The notes: generated by a model not told the origin, from the letters alone. Counted from the stretch's first letter, positions 15,620 through 27,842 are shown. The stretch is DNA of 32,000 nucleotides from Candidatus Saccharimonadota bacterium (GCA_965231145.1 OZ246420.1:180001-212000); one strand, 5' to 3'. Numbers and translations are program-made.

Positions 15620-18600
15620 ATGAGTAACACATTTGAGTTTAAGCTACAGACGCCTAGCGCAAGCAAGATTGATCTTGCAGGAGCAGAGATGGCTCAGTCG
15701 ATAGCAGATCTTAAAGACTCTCTCACAAGCCTGAAGGATCAGGTCATGAATTCGCAGGATGAAACCGAGGCGAAAGATGTTTTCTCGCAGGTAAAAGAGC
15801 ATCTGTATGCAGATGATGCAACTATGACTTTGAGAGTTGGTGATAAGTATATCACGACTGATTCCCCGGCTGAGTATACTCAGCGAAAGGCTCTCATCGA
15901 AGCTGATCTTGAGGCTGCAAACCAAGAAATTTCTGTCTACATGGAAAGTCTTAAGTCTGAGACTGATTTTGTTATGAAGCAAACAAAAAAAGAGGTACAG
16001 GTTGTGCAGGATGACGTTACAGGGAAAAAGCTCACGAAAAAGAAAGTAACAGAAACACAAAAGACCCGTACTACAGAGTTTACTTATGAAGATAACGATG
16101 AAGCTGTTCAGCCAGAGTGAACACAAGAGCAGCAATCACCCGTAAACGAAAATGAAGCGCCAGCAAATAAGGAAACAGTAAAACTTCCTACGCCTGATGT
16201 GTTTTGGCATCAAGATATCCATTTCTCTAATATTAAGAGTATTGCTCAGCTTGATGAAGCTTTTAGAAGAAATCCTGCCTATAGCAATCTACAAGGTGCT
16301 ATGGACAATCAGGATATTGTGAATGCTCTCAGAAACTATCATCAAAATCCAGATAGTGTGAAGGGGGTAAAAATTATTGATGGGTACTATCATATTTCTA
16401 CGCGTAACCCACTTTTTGAGACATCGTGGAATCCTAAGGGGAAGATTTGTATTCCTGTGCAACAGGTAGAAGTAGAGATCTTTCAGCCGAAGGCGTCGCC
16501 TGCGCCAGATAACTATGACTATAATAATAATCCAGACTCATATGATCGTACAAAAAATGTAGATGATCGTATGAAGCCTATAGATCAGGTATATCCTGGT
16601 AGTATGGATAGCTATAAGAATAAGGGAGTTCTCGGTGCGTTCTTTGGTAAGATTGCAGAAAATACAAATCTGAAAGATAAAGATGCAAAATCTATTGCGA
16701 ACCTTTGTAAAATCGCAACAGGTGGAGCGATGCTTTTCTTCGGTATCAGAAGTGTGATAGATCTTTTCAGTGCGTCAAAGCGTAAAAGAGGCCTGACAAC
16801 ACTTGGAGTGATGGCAGGGCTTGAACTTGGTTCACGTATGGCGTTTGGAGAAGGTATCAACAGTATGCTCAATGGAAAAAATCCTAAGGATGCTTGGGAT
16901 GCATTCTGTAAGAAATTTAATTTTGATGCGGTAAGTACCGATAATATCGATAGTAGCACAGTGGATCAAGTTATGGATCCCGCAACAGTGCATGCTATGA
17001 TTCAGGGTATTTCATGGGAAGATCAGAAGCTCTTTACTGTGGAAAACAGTGATGGTAGTGTGACAGTAGATCCTGTAAAATATAAAGAATATATTACAGT
17101 AAGAGCAACTACTGACAATAGTTTTAAAGCTACTCTTGCAAATAGACTGGAAGCATTGAAAGTGCTTATTGATAAGAACGTGCTACAACCATCGTTCAAT
17201 CAGTTCTATATCGCAAATGCATTCAATCCATTTACTGTAGACATATCTAAGAAGGATGAAAATCCTGATAACGAGCTTGCTGGTACAACAGCTATTAGAA
17301 ATACGCTTATTGAGCTTAGAAAAGGATACAAAACAGATGCTGATAAGATGGCAGCATATATAGGTAAACTAAAAAAAGAAAAGAGAGATGTTTCTACCGT
17401 AACAGTAGATGAGCTCAAAGATGCTGGTGTGATCACCGGTGTTCTTGCTAAGGAGGTGCTCGATACAGATCCTATTGATCCGGTACTCCAATCGCTTGTT
17501 GATGAAAATAAACTTACAACAAGAGATGCACAAAGTCTGACTAAGGCTAAGACCCAGCTTACAGAAGAACTCGTGAAGGTTGGCAGTCAAGATGCTGGAA
17601 AGGACATGGAATTTAAGGTGGTAGATGGCGCTATTTATCTTCATAGCCACGGATGGAGTATTGGTATTTCAAAGGTAGGAGATATGGACGACTGGAAAGT
17701 TGGTTCATTTGAACATAATTTCTCTGGTACTTATGAAGCGGTTCGCGTAGCAACGCTTACGAACTTCATCATTACTCACTACAAAGGTACAGTAGACAAG
17801 GGAGTAGAAGGACCGTTTAACTATAATGATAGAAACCTCAATATTCGTCAGCATGGAGCCATGACAAATCTTGGTAATCTCCAATTTGGGAAAGCCATAT
17901 TTGGGACTGCGGTTGTAGATGGAGCTGATGGATTTGCATCATCTCTTTCTAAGATCGGTGGCTCTGCTTTTGAATCGCAAGCAGGAAAGTATGCTGCATG
18001 GTTAAATAGCCTTAAGGGAACAGATGGTAAAACATCTATGTGGTACATGGGTAATGACACAGGAGTGACATGGGAAACTATTGCTCCACTGGCTGTTATC
18101 CCTGCGGTATCGCCAGATGTGGATCCTAATGAGCCAAATGCTACGCCAGATGCTAAAGAAAAAGAAAAGAAACCTTTTGTTTCTGAAGCGGAGGCTCTTG
18201 CAAACATGGAGAAATATAATCTTATGTTCACGCCAGCAGAACACTATGAGTGGATCGAGCCAAATCATGAAACAAATAACTATGCAACAGTTCCATTCCT
18301 TACTGATGTAGAGGCGATGGAAGATATGAACAAATATAACCTCGTGTTTGCTCCTCTCGGAGAAGATGAAACCCGGGCAGACGAAAAGAATAATCCTTCA
18401 ATCCCTGGTGTGGACGTTAAGAAGGCAAACTTTGCAGTAGCTATTAAAGAACAGCCAAATGCCCCAAAATGAAAGCCTAAGCCCAAAAACTTTAAAGTTC
18501 CTTTTGTCTCATTTGATCAGATACAGAAAGACAGAAAAGCAAATCATGTTGGTATCAGACCAAAGGATGGCTTTACGTGGGCTCACGATAAGAAGGCATT

Positions 18601-20221
18601 TGATAACTTCCATGTGATAAAGACAGGAGAAAAGATTGCTCCTCTTACGCTTGAAGATATGAAGAAAGACAGAAAGGCTCATCATGTCATGATTTCACCG
18701 AAGTCAGGTTTTGAGTTTGTGGAGCCAAACAATATGGATAACATGGCAACCAGAGAGCTCAATGCATGGGCGAAGACGAAAGAGTGGACTGCAGATAAGT
18801 GGACAGGATTTAAGGATTCAGCTTCAGATCTCGGTACATCTATTGGTAAGACATTTGATAGAATGGTTGCAGGTGATCTCTTTAAGAAGGAGCCAAGCAA
18901 TACCGTTGTTTACTGGAGAAAACATCTTACATATCTCAAAGATATGCTTTCAGATCTCGAGAGACAGTGAACAGCTATGGATAAATCTGTAGTGACTGCT
19001 ACAGAGATAGGACTTATGAAGGTCCATCTTGAAGAAACGGAAGAGAAACTTGCGAAGATAGAAAATATGTGGGGAGTAGATATTGATCCAGGACTCACTC
19101 CGAAAGATAAAAAATTCGACAGCGGATGGACAAATGCTCAAAAGAAAGAACTTACAACAGCTGAAAAGAAGATTAACTTTGAGCTCAAGTTTAAGGATAA
19201 AAATGACACAGCTCATTTTATTACCTACCAAGATAAGTCAGTTCGTCTTGCTTCATGGGCACAGGAAACACCTATAAGAATCGAAGGTGGTAAGTACTTC
19301 CTCGATAAGTTTATGGTGCCGTTTGACAATGCTGAAGATGTTGTGCGTATGGCTAATCTGACGAACTTCCTCAAGATCCATTTCAAGGATAAGGCGACAA
19401 CAAATGTTGATAATCCATGGGTTATAACAAATGATGGGGACCTTGAGTTTAAGGATCAGACAACATGGGATGCTACGAAGAAGCTTGACTGGAAGTGAAT
19501 GTTCTTCAATACAACAGCAGTCGATGGTGAGGATAATATTTCTTCAACTATCAAACATATCGGAGGATCTGTCTTTGAAGCTCAAAAGGTGAACTATGTG
19601 AAGTATCTTAACAACATGCAAAACGCAAGAAATGAAAATATGTGGCAGCTTAAGGATTCCGCAGGTATGGTTCCTGAAGCTCTCAAGACCCTGAAAGATA
19701 AGTTTGCAGGAAAGATTAATGTCGTTCGTTCGGGAAAACTAGAAACTCCTCAAAAACCAGATGAACTTACAGGAGAAATAAATATTTATGATAAAACTGC
19801 GAACCTTGAGACCAATGGATATCTTTCGCTTATCAGTCATGGTCAAAGAATAGATATTGATGCGAGTCCAGATGGCAAGGGATACAATATTGGATATCTC
19901 AATGGTAAGCAAGCCGATGGTACTCATAAAAAGGACATGTTGCCTATCAAGTTTATGACAGAAGAAGATGCATTGAGGGTGGCAAATCTTGTAAACTTCT
20001 ACAAGAAGTATTACAAGGGGCTTGGTACAAGTGACCAAGCATTCAATATCTCTGCGTACGGTAACGATCTAGAGTTTGCTGAAGACGGCGTGATGGACTG
20101 GATGGATCTTACAGCATTGGATAGTAAGGATGCTCTTGCGTACTCAAAGGACCTCGCTGGTAATAATCTTAATGCATTTGCTGTATGGCTCAATAACACA
20201 TGAGGTTGGGAAACTAAATAG
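15620..20221 (+). CDS. Giant hypothetical protein, 1533 aa, with a triplicated domain of about 135-140 aa
   Basis: Five ORF-track fragments (15593.., 16199.., 18614.., 18977.., 19499..) are all in one frame, separated only by TGA at 16118, 18470, 18968, 19496 and 20201. The first true stop is TAG at 20219-20221. The start is set at ATG 15620. I recognise no family. Confidence 0.8.
17606..18015 (+). repeat. Protein-level repeat 1 of 3 in the 1533-aa protein
   Basis: ...EAVRVATLTNFIITHYKG...TAVVDGADGFASSLSKIGGSAFESQAGKYAAWLNSL. Confidence 0.7.
19214..19618 (+). repeat. Protein-level repeat 2 of 3 (spans TGA at 19496-19498)
   Basis: ...EDVVRMANLTNFLKIHFKD...LDWK-G-MFFNTTAVDGEDNISSTIKHIGGSVFEAQKVNYVKYLNNM. 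Confidence 0.7.
19778..20200 (+). repeat. Protein-level repeat 3 of 3
   Basis: ...EDALRVANLVNFYKKYYKG...DLEFAEDGVMDWMDLTALDSKDALAYSKDLAGNNLNAFAVWLNNT. Confidence 0.65.
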
Positions 20222-20242
20222 ATTTATTGAAACATATAAACT

Positions 20243-23200
20243 ATGGGAGAAAATGACAAATTAGAGTACGATAAAGAAGTAGAAGATCAGGATAAAAGTC
20301 CTGAACTTTCTGCTGATAATAAAAAAACTGAAAATTCAGAGATCAGAGAGCAGAGTGAAACTGAAAATTCAAAGAATAAAGAAGAGGCTGCTGCGAAAGA
20401 AAATACGGAAATTAGTTTGTCAGATCTTCAGAAAAAAATTGAAGTGATTAAAGCTTCTGATGATTATAGTAAAGAAGTCAAAGAAGAAGCTCAGAACATA
20501 GCCAATGAGCTCACTGGAAATCCCAATGCTGATCAAAAGGAACTTGCAGAAAAAGCTGCTAAGATAGCTGTTCTTGAACAAAAAGAGAAGTGATGGTTTC
20601 AGAGAAATAAAAAAGAAATTATAAAGTGGATAAAGGGTATTGCTACCATAATTGGTGGTAGTGTTTTGGCTGGACGAAATAAAATTAAGGATTTCTTCGG
20701 TTTTGGAGATGAAGAGAGTGATGCAGAACCAAAGAAAGAAGAAGAGAAGAAATGAGGAAAAGAGGAAGCTCCTTCTTCGCCTGACAATGAAAATTCAAAC
20801 ACTGATAATCCCGAAACACCGCCGGAGGCGGATGTCGGAGACATTGACGATGCTGCTACGCCACCGGAAGAAAAGAATGATGATGCGGAAAAAGAGCCTG
20901 AGATGAATAAAACTGATGTTAATCGTGAAGTGACAAATAGCCTGAAATCATTTAAGGAGACTGCTCAAGAAATTGATAGCAACTTCAGTATGTTTACGAA
21001 AAATGAGAAAGATATAGAGGAAGATGGTAAGAAGCTCAATGCTGCGTATCAGAAAGTTATGGATGAGCTCACAAGACTCAACCAGCTCTTTCCTGAAGAT
21101 GCAGAGATGCAGGAACTTTATAGGTCGACAATGTATTCGCTCGCTGAGTTTTATTCTGATAGGTCAGATGTGGATAATGATCACCATGAAGATTCTATTA
21201 AGGCTGTACAGCTTCTTACGCCACTCGTCAATAATATTAAAAATGAAAATGGAGAGCCTTCGAAGCTTCCTCCTATGCCGACACAGGATGATCTTATGAA
21301 GTCTATAGCGACAGAAAATCCTACACTTGCTGAGAGCATTGCGATAAAGATACAACAAGGTTTGAGTATGGAGCAGATTCTTGCTGATAAAGATACATTG
21401 AAACAATGGAATGAAGCATATAAAAAACTTTTTGATACGTGGGAAAAGGGATTTGATGGCGCTTTGACTCTCATGTATACGAAATATAAAGAAGGGAAGT
21501 ATCCAGATATTACGCCGATGCAGAAAAAAGCATTTGAGATGCTTAAAGATATCCAAGGAACCAATGATCGATGGGACTGGAAGGATAGAAATGTAAATAT
21601 GGCGACAAATATCGCAGGAAGTGTAACGGCTATTACGGCTGGTATCGCAGTAACTATACTTACTGCTGGTCTTGGAACAGGGGCTGGTGTAGCTATTGCA
21701 TCTGTGGGAGCTGGAGCATTGACCACAACAGTTGGTATGTGGGTAAATGAAAATAAGTTGATGGGAGGATGAGATCTTGCCCTCGATTTTGCTCTCAATG
21801 CTATACCATTTGGTCTTGGTAAAACATTTGCGTATCTGAGAGATGGAGCAAAAGTTGCAACGAAAGCTGCGAAGTTCATCATGGCTTCAAGTTATCTTGC
21901 AGAATGAGCGCTTGATGTAACAATTACGAGCTGATGACAAACACTGAAGACGGGTGAGTCTTTTGGCCAAGCTTTGCAGGACAATCTTGCATGGGCTATT
22001 TTCCCGCTCGTGCTTCATCAGAGTAGCGCAGCGATGAAATATCTTAAGAACTCTCCAAAGCTGCAAGCTATTTTTGCAAGAAAAGATCTTGCAGATGAAA
22101 CATTGAATGACATTAATAAAGCAAAGATACTTGCACAACTTGGTAAGAAACAATTATCGCAAGAAATTTTGGATAAGCTCAATGCTAAGCTTACGAAACT
22201 TAAACGAAGTGAAACGATTAAACTGCTTGATGAAGAAGCGGCGCTTGTGGCAAAGAAAGAAAGTATGATTAAAGATATTAAGAGTTACATCGATGAAAAT
22301 GTTGTCCTTAATAGTAAGGCTAACATAACGCCTATTAAAAATGGTGCGATGGATAATTTCATGAAAGTCGGTGATAAGATGGTTGTAGAGAGTTCTAATG
22401 GTACGAGAAAGCAGATTACGCTTTTGAAGTTCAATGGTAAGAACTCGCTGGTAAGCATCGATGGAGGTCGTCCAGTAAAAGCCAATCTTGCGGGAGGAAA
22501 ACTGCATATTACTGACCCTATTTTCAAAGGTGAAACTATTACAGGTTCGTTTCTGGCGAAACATCCAAACGTAAGTGGAAAAAATATCACTGCTATGGTG
22601 TGAGAACTTGAATCTGTTAAGGTAGATATGCGCAGTCTGAAGTCTTTGGGTCTAAGCTTTAAGGCGTTTGGAATAGAAATGAGAGATCTTTCTGCTGTCT
22701 ATCCTCAGCTCAAGAGAGATATAAAAAATCTTAAGGTTGGTGAAAGCATCGATGATTTCCTTGGCTATAAAGTAACAAGGACCGATAAGGGTTTTGAGGC
22801 GGTAGACAAGAGTTGACACTCTGCGTCTGCAGCAAATAGTGACGTTCTGTTGAACCATATTTTGCCGAGCGCCGAAGCAAATGGAGAGAGAATTCTTGGT
22901 TATAAACTTGCACATTTCTATAGAAATAATCTGACGCCTGAAACTATTCAAGCTATCTTGCAAAAGAATATGTTGGGAAGATGACTTGGGAAGGTGAAGA
23001 AGCTTGTCGGTGGTAAAGGAGCTAGTGCATATGAAGTAAATGTAGATGGCGTAAAATACCAAGTGAAGTTTGATAAGAGTGTGCCGGAAGGTATCGTGTT
23101 TGCAGATGAAGCGGGTAAGGCTATCGCTGCAAATAGTCCTATAGTTCGTCAACTTGAGTCAAAGGTTTTTGTGAAGATGAGCGAGAAGTACAAAGCATTT

Positions 23201-23617
23201 GGTATCCACTGTAAAGATATACAGACTCCGTTAGGAAAACTTATACCAGAGCGTATGAAGCTGAAGATGTTTAAGACGATAGCTGATAAACTTCATAAGC
23301 CTCTTACAGTCATTGAAAATATGACTGTCGGTCAGGTCATTGAATCATTTCAGCAGTTCGCTGATGCGCCAACTTTTGCAAATTTTGTAAGAGCGCTTTC
23401 GGGAGGAGGAGGTCTCAATACGATGCTTTTGACATGAGTTATCATGATCGATGCAACGCAAAATAGACTTGATGAGATTGGAACAGATTATATAAAATAT
23501 GTATTGGGCGGAACGCTTATGCCGCTTGTCGATATTGTACAATCATATGGTGAAAGGAAATTAGAAGAGCATAAAGCGAACAATACTCAATGAGAAAATT
23601 TTAGTACAGAAACATAA
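20243..23617 (+). CDS. Giant hypothetical membrane-anchored protein, 1124 aa
   Basis: Fragments 20243.., 20903.., 21974.., 22628.. and 22994.. share one frame and join through 11 TGA codons, including the tandem TGA-TGA at 21932-21937. The stop is TAA at 23615-23617. The N-terminus is acidic and low-complexity. Hydrophobic segments are WIKGIATIIGGSVLAG and the Gly/Ala-rich NIAGSVTAITAGIAVTILTAGLGTGAGVAIASVGAGALTTTVGMWV. Confidence 0.8.
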
Positions 23618-23628
23618 TTAAAGCTCTG

Positions 23629-24681
23629 ATGGGTGAGATAAAAGATAGATATGAGACAGTCTATGAAAACCAGGATGCTGATACACAGCAGAAACTTTCT
23701 CAGTTGCAGGAAAGTATCAAAAGCCATGTAGAATCGGCACCATTGCAAATGTTAGAAAATAGTGTTATGGGTAAGGATAAGTGAAAGAAGCAGCTTAATA
23801 TAGCAGAGCTTATAAGTGCTGGTTATGGAAATAGAATATCAAGAGATGTGATCATGAGATACCTCACTGGTAGCAAAAATGAAAAGACCACGTTTTTTGG
23901 TAAGGCATGGCAGATGCTTGGTGACAAGTTTGTAGATCAGATCGTTAAACAGGATAACAGTTATGATTCGGTGCTTATAGTCCACGAAAAGATCATTATA
24001 CAAAAATTTCAGGCAGAGCTAAGCACCCTTAAAAGCTCTATAGTTGTTCCTACAGATGCAACATCTAAGCCTAATAATGCTCCAACTTCTGCTCCTGAGC
24101 AGACAAATGAAGGATATGCAAAAGAGTCTCATTATACGGAAGATGAAAAAACGCAGATTAATGAGGTGATATCTTCTGCAAAGAAGTTTGAAGGTGCACA
24201 ATATAAGTATGGTTGAACTAGTAAAAGTGGCATAGACTGTTCAGGCTTATGGTCTATGGCATTTAAAGAACAATATAAAGACGAATGACAAAATTTTGGT
24301 CGTTTAACTGCTGCGCTCTTTGATGCGAAAGCGCCTGATATTGCATCTAAGGATGTCGAGAGAGGAGACTGGATGTTTTGGGAAGATCCGAATGGAATCA
24401 AGAAAGGATGAAATAATGAAAAAGGAGAAAAGATTTATCACATTGAGATGGCACTTTGAAAACCCTTTGAAAAGGATGGAAAATGGTATGTAAAAACATA
24501 TGGTTCATCTAGTGATGAAAATATGACTGATGCAAATGGTAATCGTTTGAATAATGGGAAAAGTGGTGTGGGATATAGAATAAGAGAGATCAAAGATAAT
24601 CACCACTTTGCAAAGCCGCCGTATTATGCAAAACTTGTGGCGATGAATGATAATAATGATGTAAAGAAAAACGCAGCATAA
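23629..24681 (+). CDS. NlpC/P60-family peptidoglycan endopeptidase, 350 aa
   Basis: ATG at 23629 is in frame with ORF 23848..24216. Five TGA codons are read through. The C-terminal domain is YKYG-G-TSKSGIDCSGLWSMAF ... GDWMFWED ... IYHIEMAL. It carries the catalytic Cys and His, and the TGA at 24214-24216 supplies the conserved second Gly of the YxxGG motif. The stop is TAA at 24679-24681. Confidence 0.85.
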
Positions 24682-24705
24682 TATATTTAGTCTTTAGTGT
24701 GTACG

Positions 24706-27700
24706 ATGAGCATTGATCCAATTGAGACGCTCCATAAGGTAGTGGATAAGACAAAAGAGGATAAGAAATATGACGAGAAGATTGTCTTGCAGGAGACGAA
24801 TCAGAAGTTGTTGAATCTCAAAGAAGATGTCTCATATGCGACAGTAGTTTTAGAGCAACTAAAGAAGACTAATTGGGTTGATGAGCAAAAGTTTCAAGCT
24901 CTTGAGGCGAAGCTTCGTAATGACGATACGAAACAAGAGGCTATTCAAGAGATAGCACGTATCATTGAAGATATCAATGCAAGATATGAAAACTTGCATG
25001 CAGATGAAAAAGAGAAAGTAAGAAAGATGACTGAAGCTCTCCATGAGACTAATAAGTCTATCTCTGCACTAAAAAAAGAGGTCATGGAAAATCCAAATTA
25101 TGAAGCGATAGAGAAGGAACTTGTGGATGAAGCAATGAAGAAACTGGATGAGCATCGATATACGAGATGGCTCAAGGAACCATATAAGAAATATATTCAC
25201 GAACAGATAGAAGAGATGAAGTCGTGAAAAAAAACAGAAGAAAAAAAGTGATGGAAGAAGTTTGTAGATTGATTGAGCAAGTGGTTTTTTGGACTTGTAG
25301 GAGCTATGTTTATCGGAAAAAGTATAACTGATCTGGTTGCTGATAAGCTTAAGGTTGCTAAAGATAAGATAAAGGAAGGAGGAAAGAAAATTGTCGATAA
25401 AGCGAAAGAGAAGATACAAGATATTAAAGACAAAGGAAAAGAAGTCGTGCCAACGACGTCAAGAACTCCTGAGGAACTCAAGGAAGATGAGGCAAAGGCG
25501 AAGCGTTATATTAAAGAATTCACTAAGAAGTATGCTCATAAAGAGTTAACTGATGAACAATTGGAAAGGATTTCAAAGAAAATGAATTTGCCTGAAAAAT
25601 TAAGAGAAGGTACAAGTCAGTGGCGTGAGATCATAAAGGATAATCAGGGTAATTATTTACGTGCAACAGTACAGACTGCCATGCTTCCTGGTACGATAGG
25701 ATGGGAACTTATGGAGGCGTTGCAGGAAGAAGGTATTATAGATATGAAGGAAATAGGTCTTAATATCGTATGAAATACTGTTGAATATGGCTTTAAATGA
25801 TTTGAATTGTTTGGCGCTGGTCTTGCAACGATCTGTGGCAAGATGGATCTCAAAGAACTCAATGGACATATCGCACACTTATATGAGAAATCTCCAACTG
25901 CCGCGAAGCAGATACTTTTCACGCTGATCTATAGAAGTATGGACGGACCACTTATGAAGATGGTTCTCAATACTGGTGCATTTATGGCAAAAGCAGTTAT
26001 CTGGCCGCTCTTCGAAGCGAAAGGAGATCTATGACTCGTGAAAAACATGACTCAGGATGCTTTGAAGTGAAATATGAATACGGCAATTCAGGATATGAAG
26101 CAAACAAAAGAGCTTTTAAAAAAGTGTAATGTGTCTGATCCATTTCTCAGTGAACTTATGACGGAAATAGAGAAGGCTGCAACACAAGCAGAGCTTTATA
26201 ATAATATTGTCGTAGAAGCACAGTGAGTTGCTGATAGTGCGAATTATATGAGTGAACTGAAGAAAAAGTTTCGTGCAGGAAGCAAGGAGGCTAGTTTTCT
26301 TACGGTGTATGAAAATTCTCTTAAGAAAGCTACCAAGAATGTTGTTATAAATAAGGCAAGATTCCTTGATAATATATGAGCTCAATGGTCAAAAGATACG
26401 AAAATCATGGAAACAACCCTCAGGTCATTAAATGCAAAATGGTGAATTGAATTTAAAAACTGGGGAGCAAAGATGTTCCTTGGTGAAAGCTCTGTTCGTC
26501 ATCTGATGATTAATTTTGCGAATAATATCGAAGCACAAGGAAAAGTAGCTCATGAGATGCTTGCAAATAGAAATCTTTTCGATCAGATATCCCATAAGAT
26601 GTACCTCAAGAAGGTTCGTGCGATGGGTGAAATTATGCATGGAAATGAGCTGAAAGATAAAGCAGTTTGGAAGTTCAATACTGTCGAGGAGCTTTCTGAT
26701 TTTACGGAAAATGCGAAACTCCTTGCAAGAAAGGCGCCGTCAACGCTGAAATTTCTCCTTGGAAAGTCGCCGATCTTTATTGTTGGAGGACTCGCTATGG
26801 GTGAGGGTGATACTATAAGTGAAAAGATGCATGGACTCTATGAAGGCATAATGGGTCTCGTGCCTATTGTTGGGCCACTTCTTCTTCTCGATGACGCCCT
26901 ATGGGCATGAGAACGTACTAATTTATGACAAGCAGCCGTTGGTGGTGTACTTTTAGGTGTGGATGTTGTACATATCATTAAAGCATTTAAATGAGCGGAG
27001 ACAACGACGAAACTTATCCATATGTTTACCCAGCCGGTCGTGGACATGATCGAGATCGGAAAGTTTCTGAGAAATTCAGGAAAAAATAGTATCAAGATGG
27101 TTCTCGATGGTGCAAAGCTTATTCGTGAAGGAAAGACTATTGGTATGCGGGAAAAACTCCTTGCAACGCTCAAGGGTACTCCAAAGAAGAAGTGGGCGAT
27201 CATGGCTGCTGTTGCTGCATTTGGGGGTCGGGCTATAGCAGAAATGATGCCTGATGGTATCGACAAAGAAGCAGAAGTATTATTTACTAAATATAAAGAC
27301 GATCCAGCAGGGCTTGATAGAGCACTTGCCGAGAGCTGGCCAACGCTCGATCAGGATACGAAAAATGAATGCCTGAAGTATGCACTTATTGCTAAGCTTG
27401 GTATCAGTCCGGAACATGCCGATGGGCTTATTGTGGAATATAGAGAATGAGCTTATCATGTCAGCCTGCCGATCATGATTCAGAAAGAATATGGAAACGC
27501 GATGCTTGCATCGCTGAAGGATAGTATCGCCAGGGTTGAGCCTGATGCCAAGATTGAAATGAACGTGAGAGGAGTGGTTGCCTACAACTTTAGGAAACAA
27601 CTCGAGGAGAAGTTAAAAGCTCAAGGTGAGAAGCCAGAAAACATCGCGTGAATCATAGATAAACAGTTAGAAGCTATGGGGTATAATCCTAATATAGGAA

Positions 27701-27714
27701 AACAAACCACTTAA
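24706..27714 (+). CDS. Polytopic membrane protein, 1002 aa, with N-terminal coiled coil (ConG/VirB6-like role is inference only)
   Basis: Fragments 24697.., 25273.., 25807.., 26473.. and 27022.. share one frame and join through about 15 TGA codons. The stop is TAA at 27712-27714. There are at least 6-7 hydrophobic segments, for example WFFGLVGAMFIG, FELFGAGLATICG, SPIFIVGGLAMG, IMGLVPIVGPLLLL, AAVGGVLLGVDVV and WAIMAAVAAFGG. Confidence 0.8.
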
Positions 27715-27728
27715 TAGACAGAGGTACT

Positions 27729-27779
27729 AGATATAGACATAGGAAGAACCTATATCTATGTCTGCTTACTATATCTATG
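27729..27779 (+). repeat. Word-built hairpin after the operon's last stop codon
   Basis: AGATATAGACATAGG, loop AAGAA, CCTATATCTATGTCT (one mismatch, one G-U pair). A further direct copy of TATATCTATG lies at 27770-27779. Confidence 0.6.
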
Positions 27780-27818
27780 ATTATTATATTGAATAAGTAA
27801 AGTCAAAAAATATGATTT

Positions 27819-27842
27819 AAGAGTCCATTTGGGCTCTTTTTT
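27819..27842 (+). terminator. Rho-independent terminator
   Basis: AAGAGTCC, loop ATTT, GGGCTCTT, followed by TTTTT. The T-run runs into the next -35 element. Confidence 0.75.

Noticed and set aside
19496-19501. TGAATG, and similar TGA-ATG junctions, read as overlapping stop/start coupling between separate genes.
   Set aside because: The repeated domain of about 135-140 aa (copy 2, 19214-19618) runs continuously across this TGA and aligns with copies 1 and 3 on both sides.
16612-27266. Numerous antisense ORFs of 60-233 aa inside the large genes, for example 16612..16959 (-), 21181..21882 (-), 22652..23152 (-) and 26838..27266 (-). Also 6751..7359 (-) and 6232..6714 (-).
   Set aside because: They lie entirely opposite much longer, motif-bearing or repeat-bearing frames. 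Their composition is low-complexity or biased, and they have no promoter or terminator of their own. They are shadow ORFs.
1042-27714. Calling the T4SS-like genes an integrative conjugative element or plasmid-derived mobile element.
   Set aside because: No relaxase, VirD4-type coupling protein, integrase, transposase, flanking direct repeats or att-like site is visible. Housekeeping genes (gatC, fusA, rpsP, rpmG, tRNAs) separate the two T4SS-like loci. The tRNA genes are not adjacent to either module's boundary.
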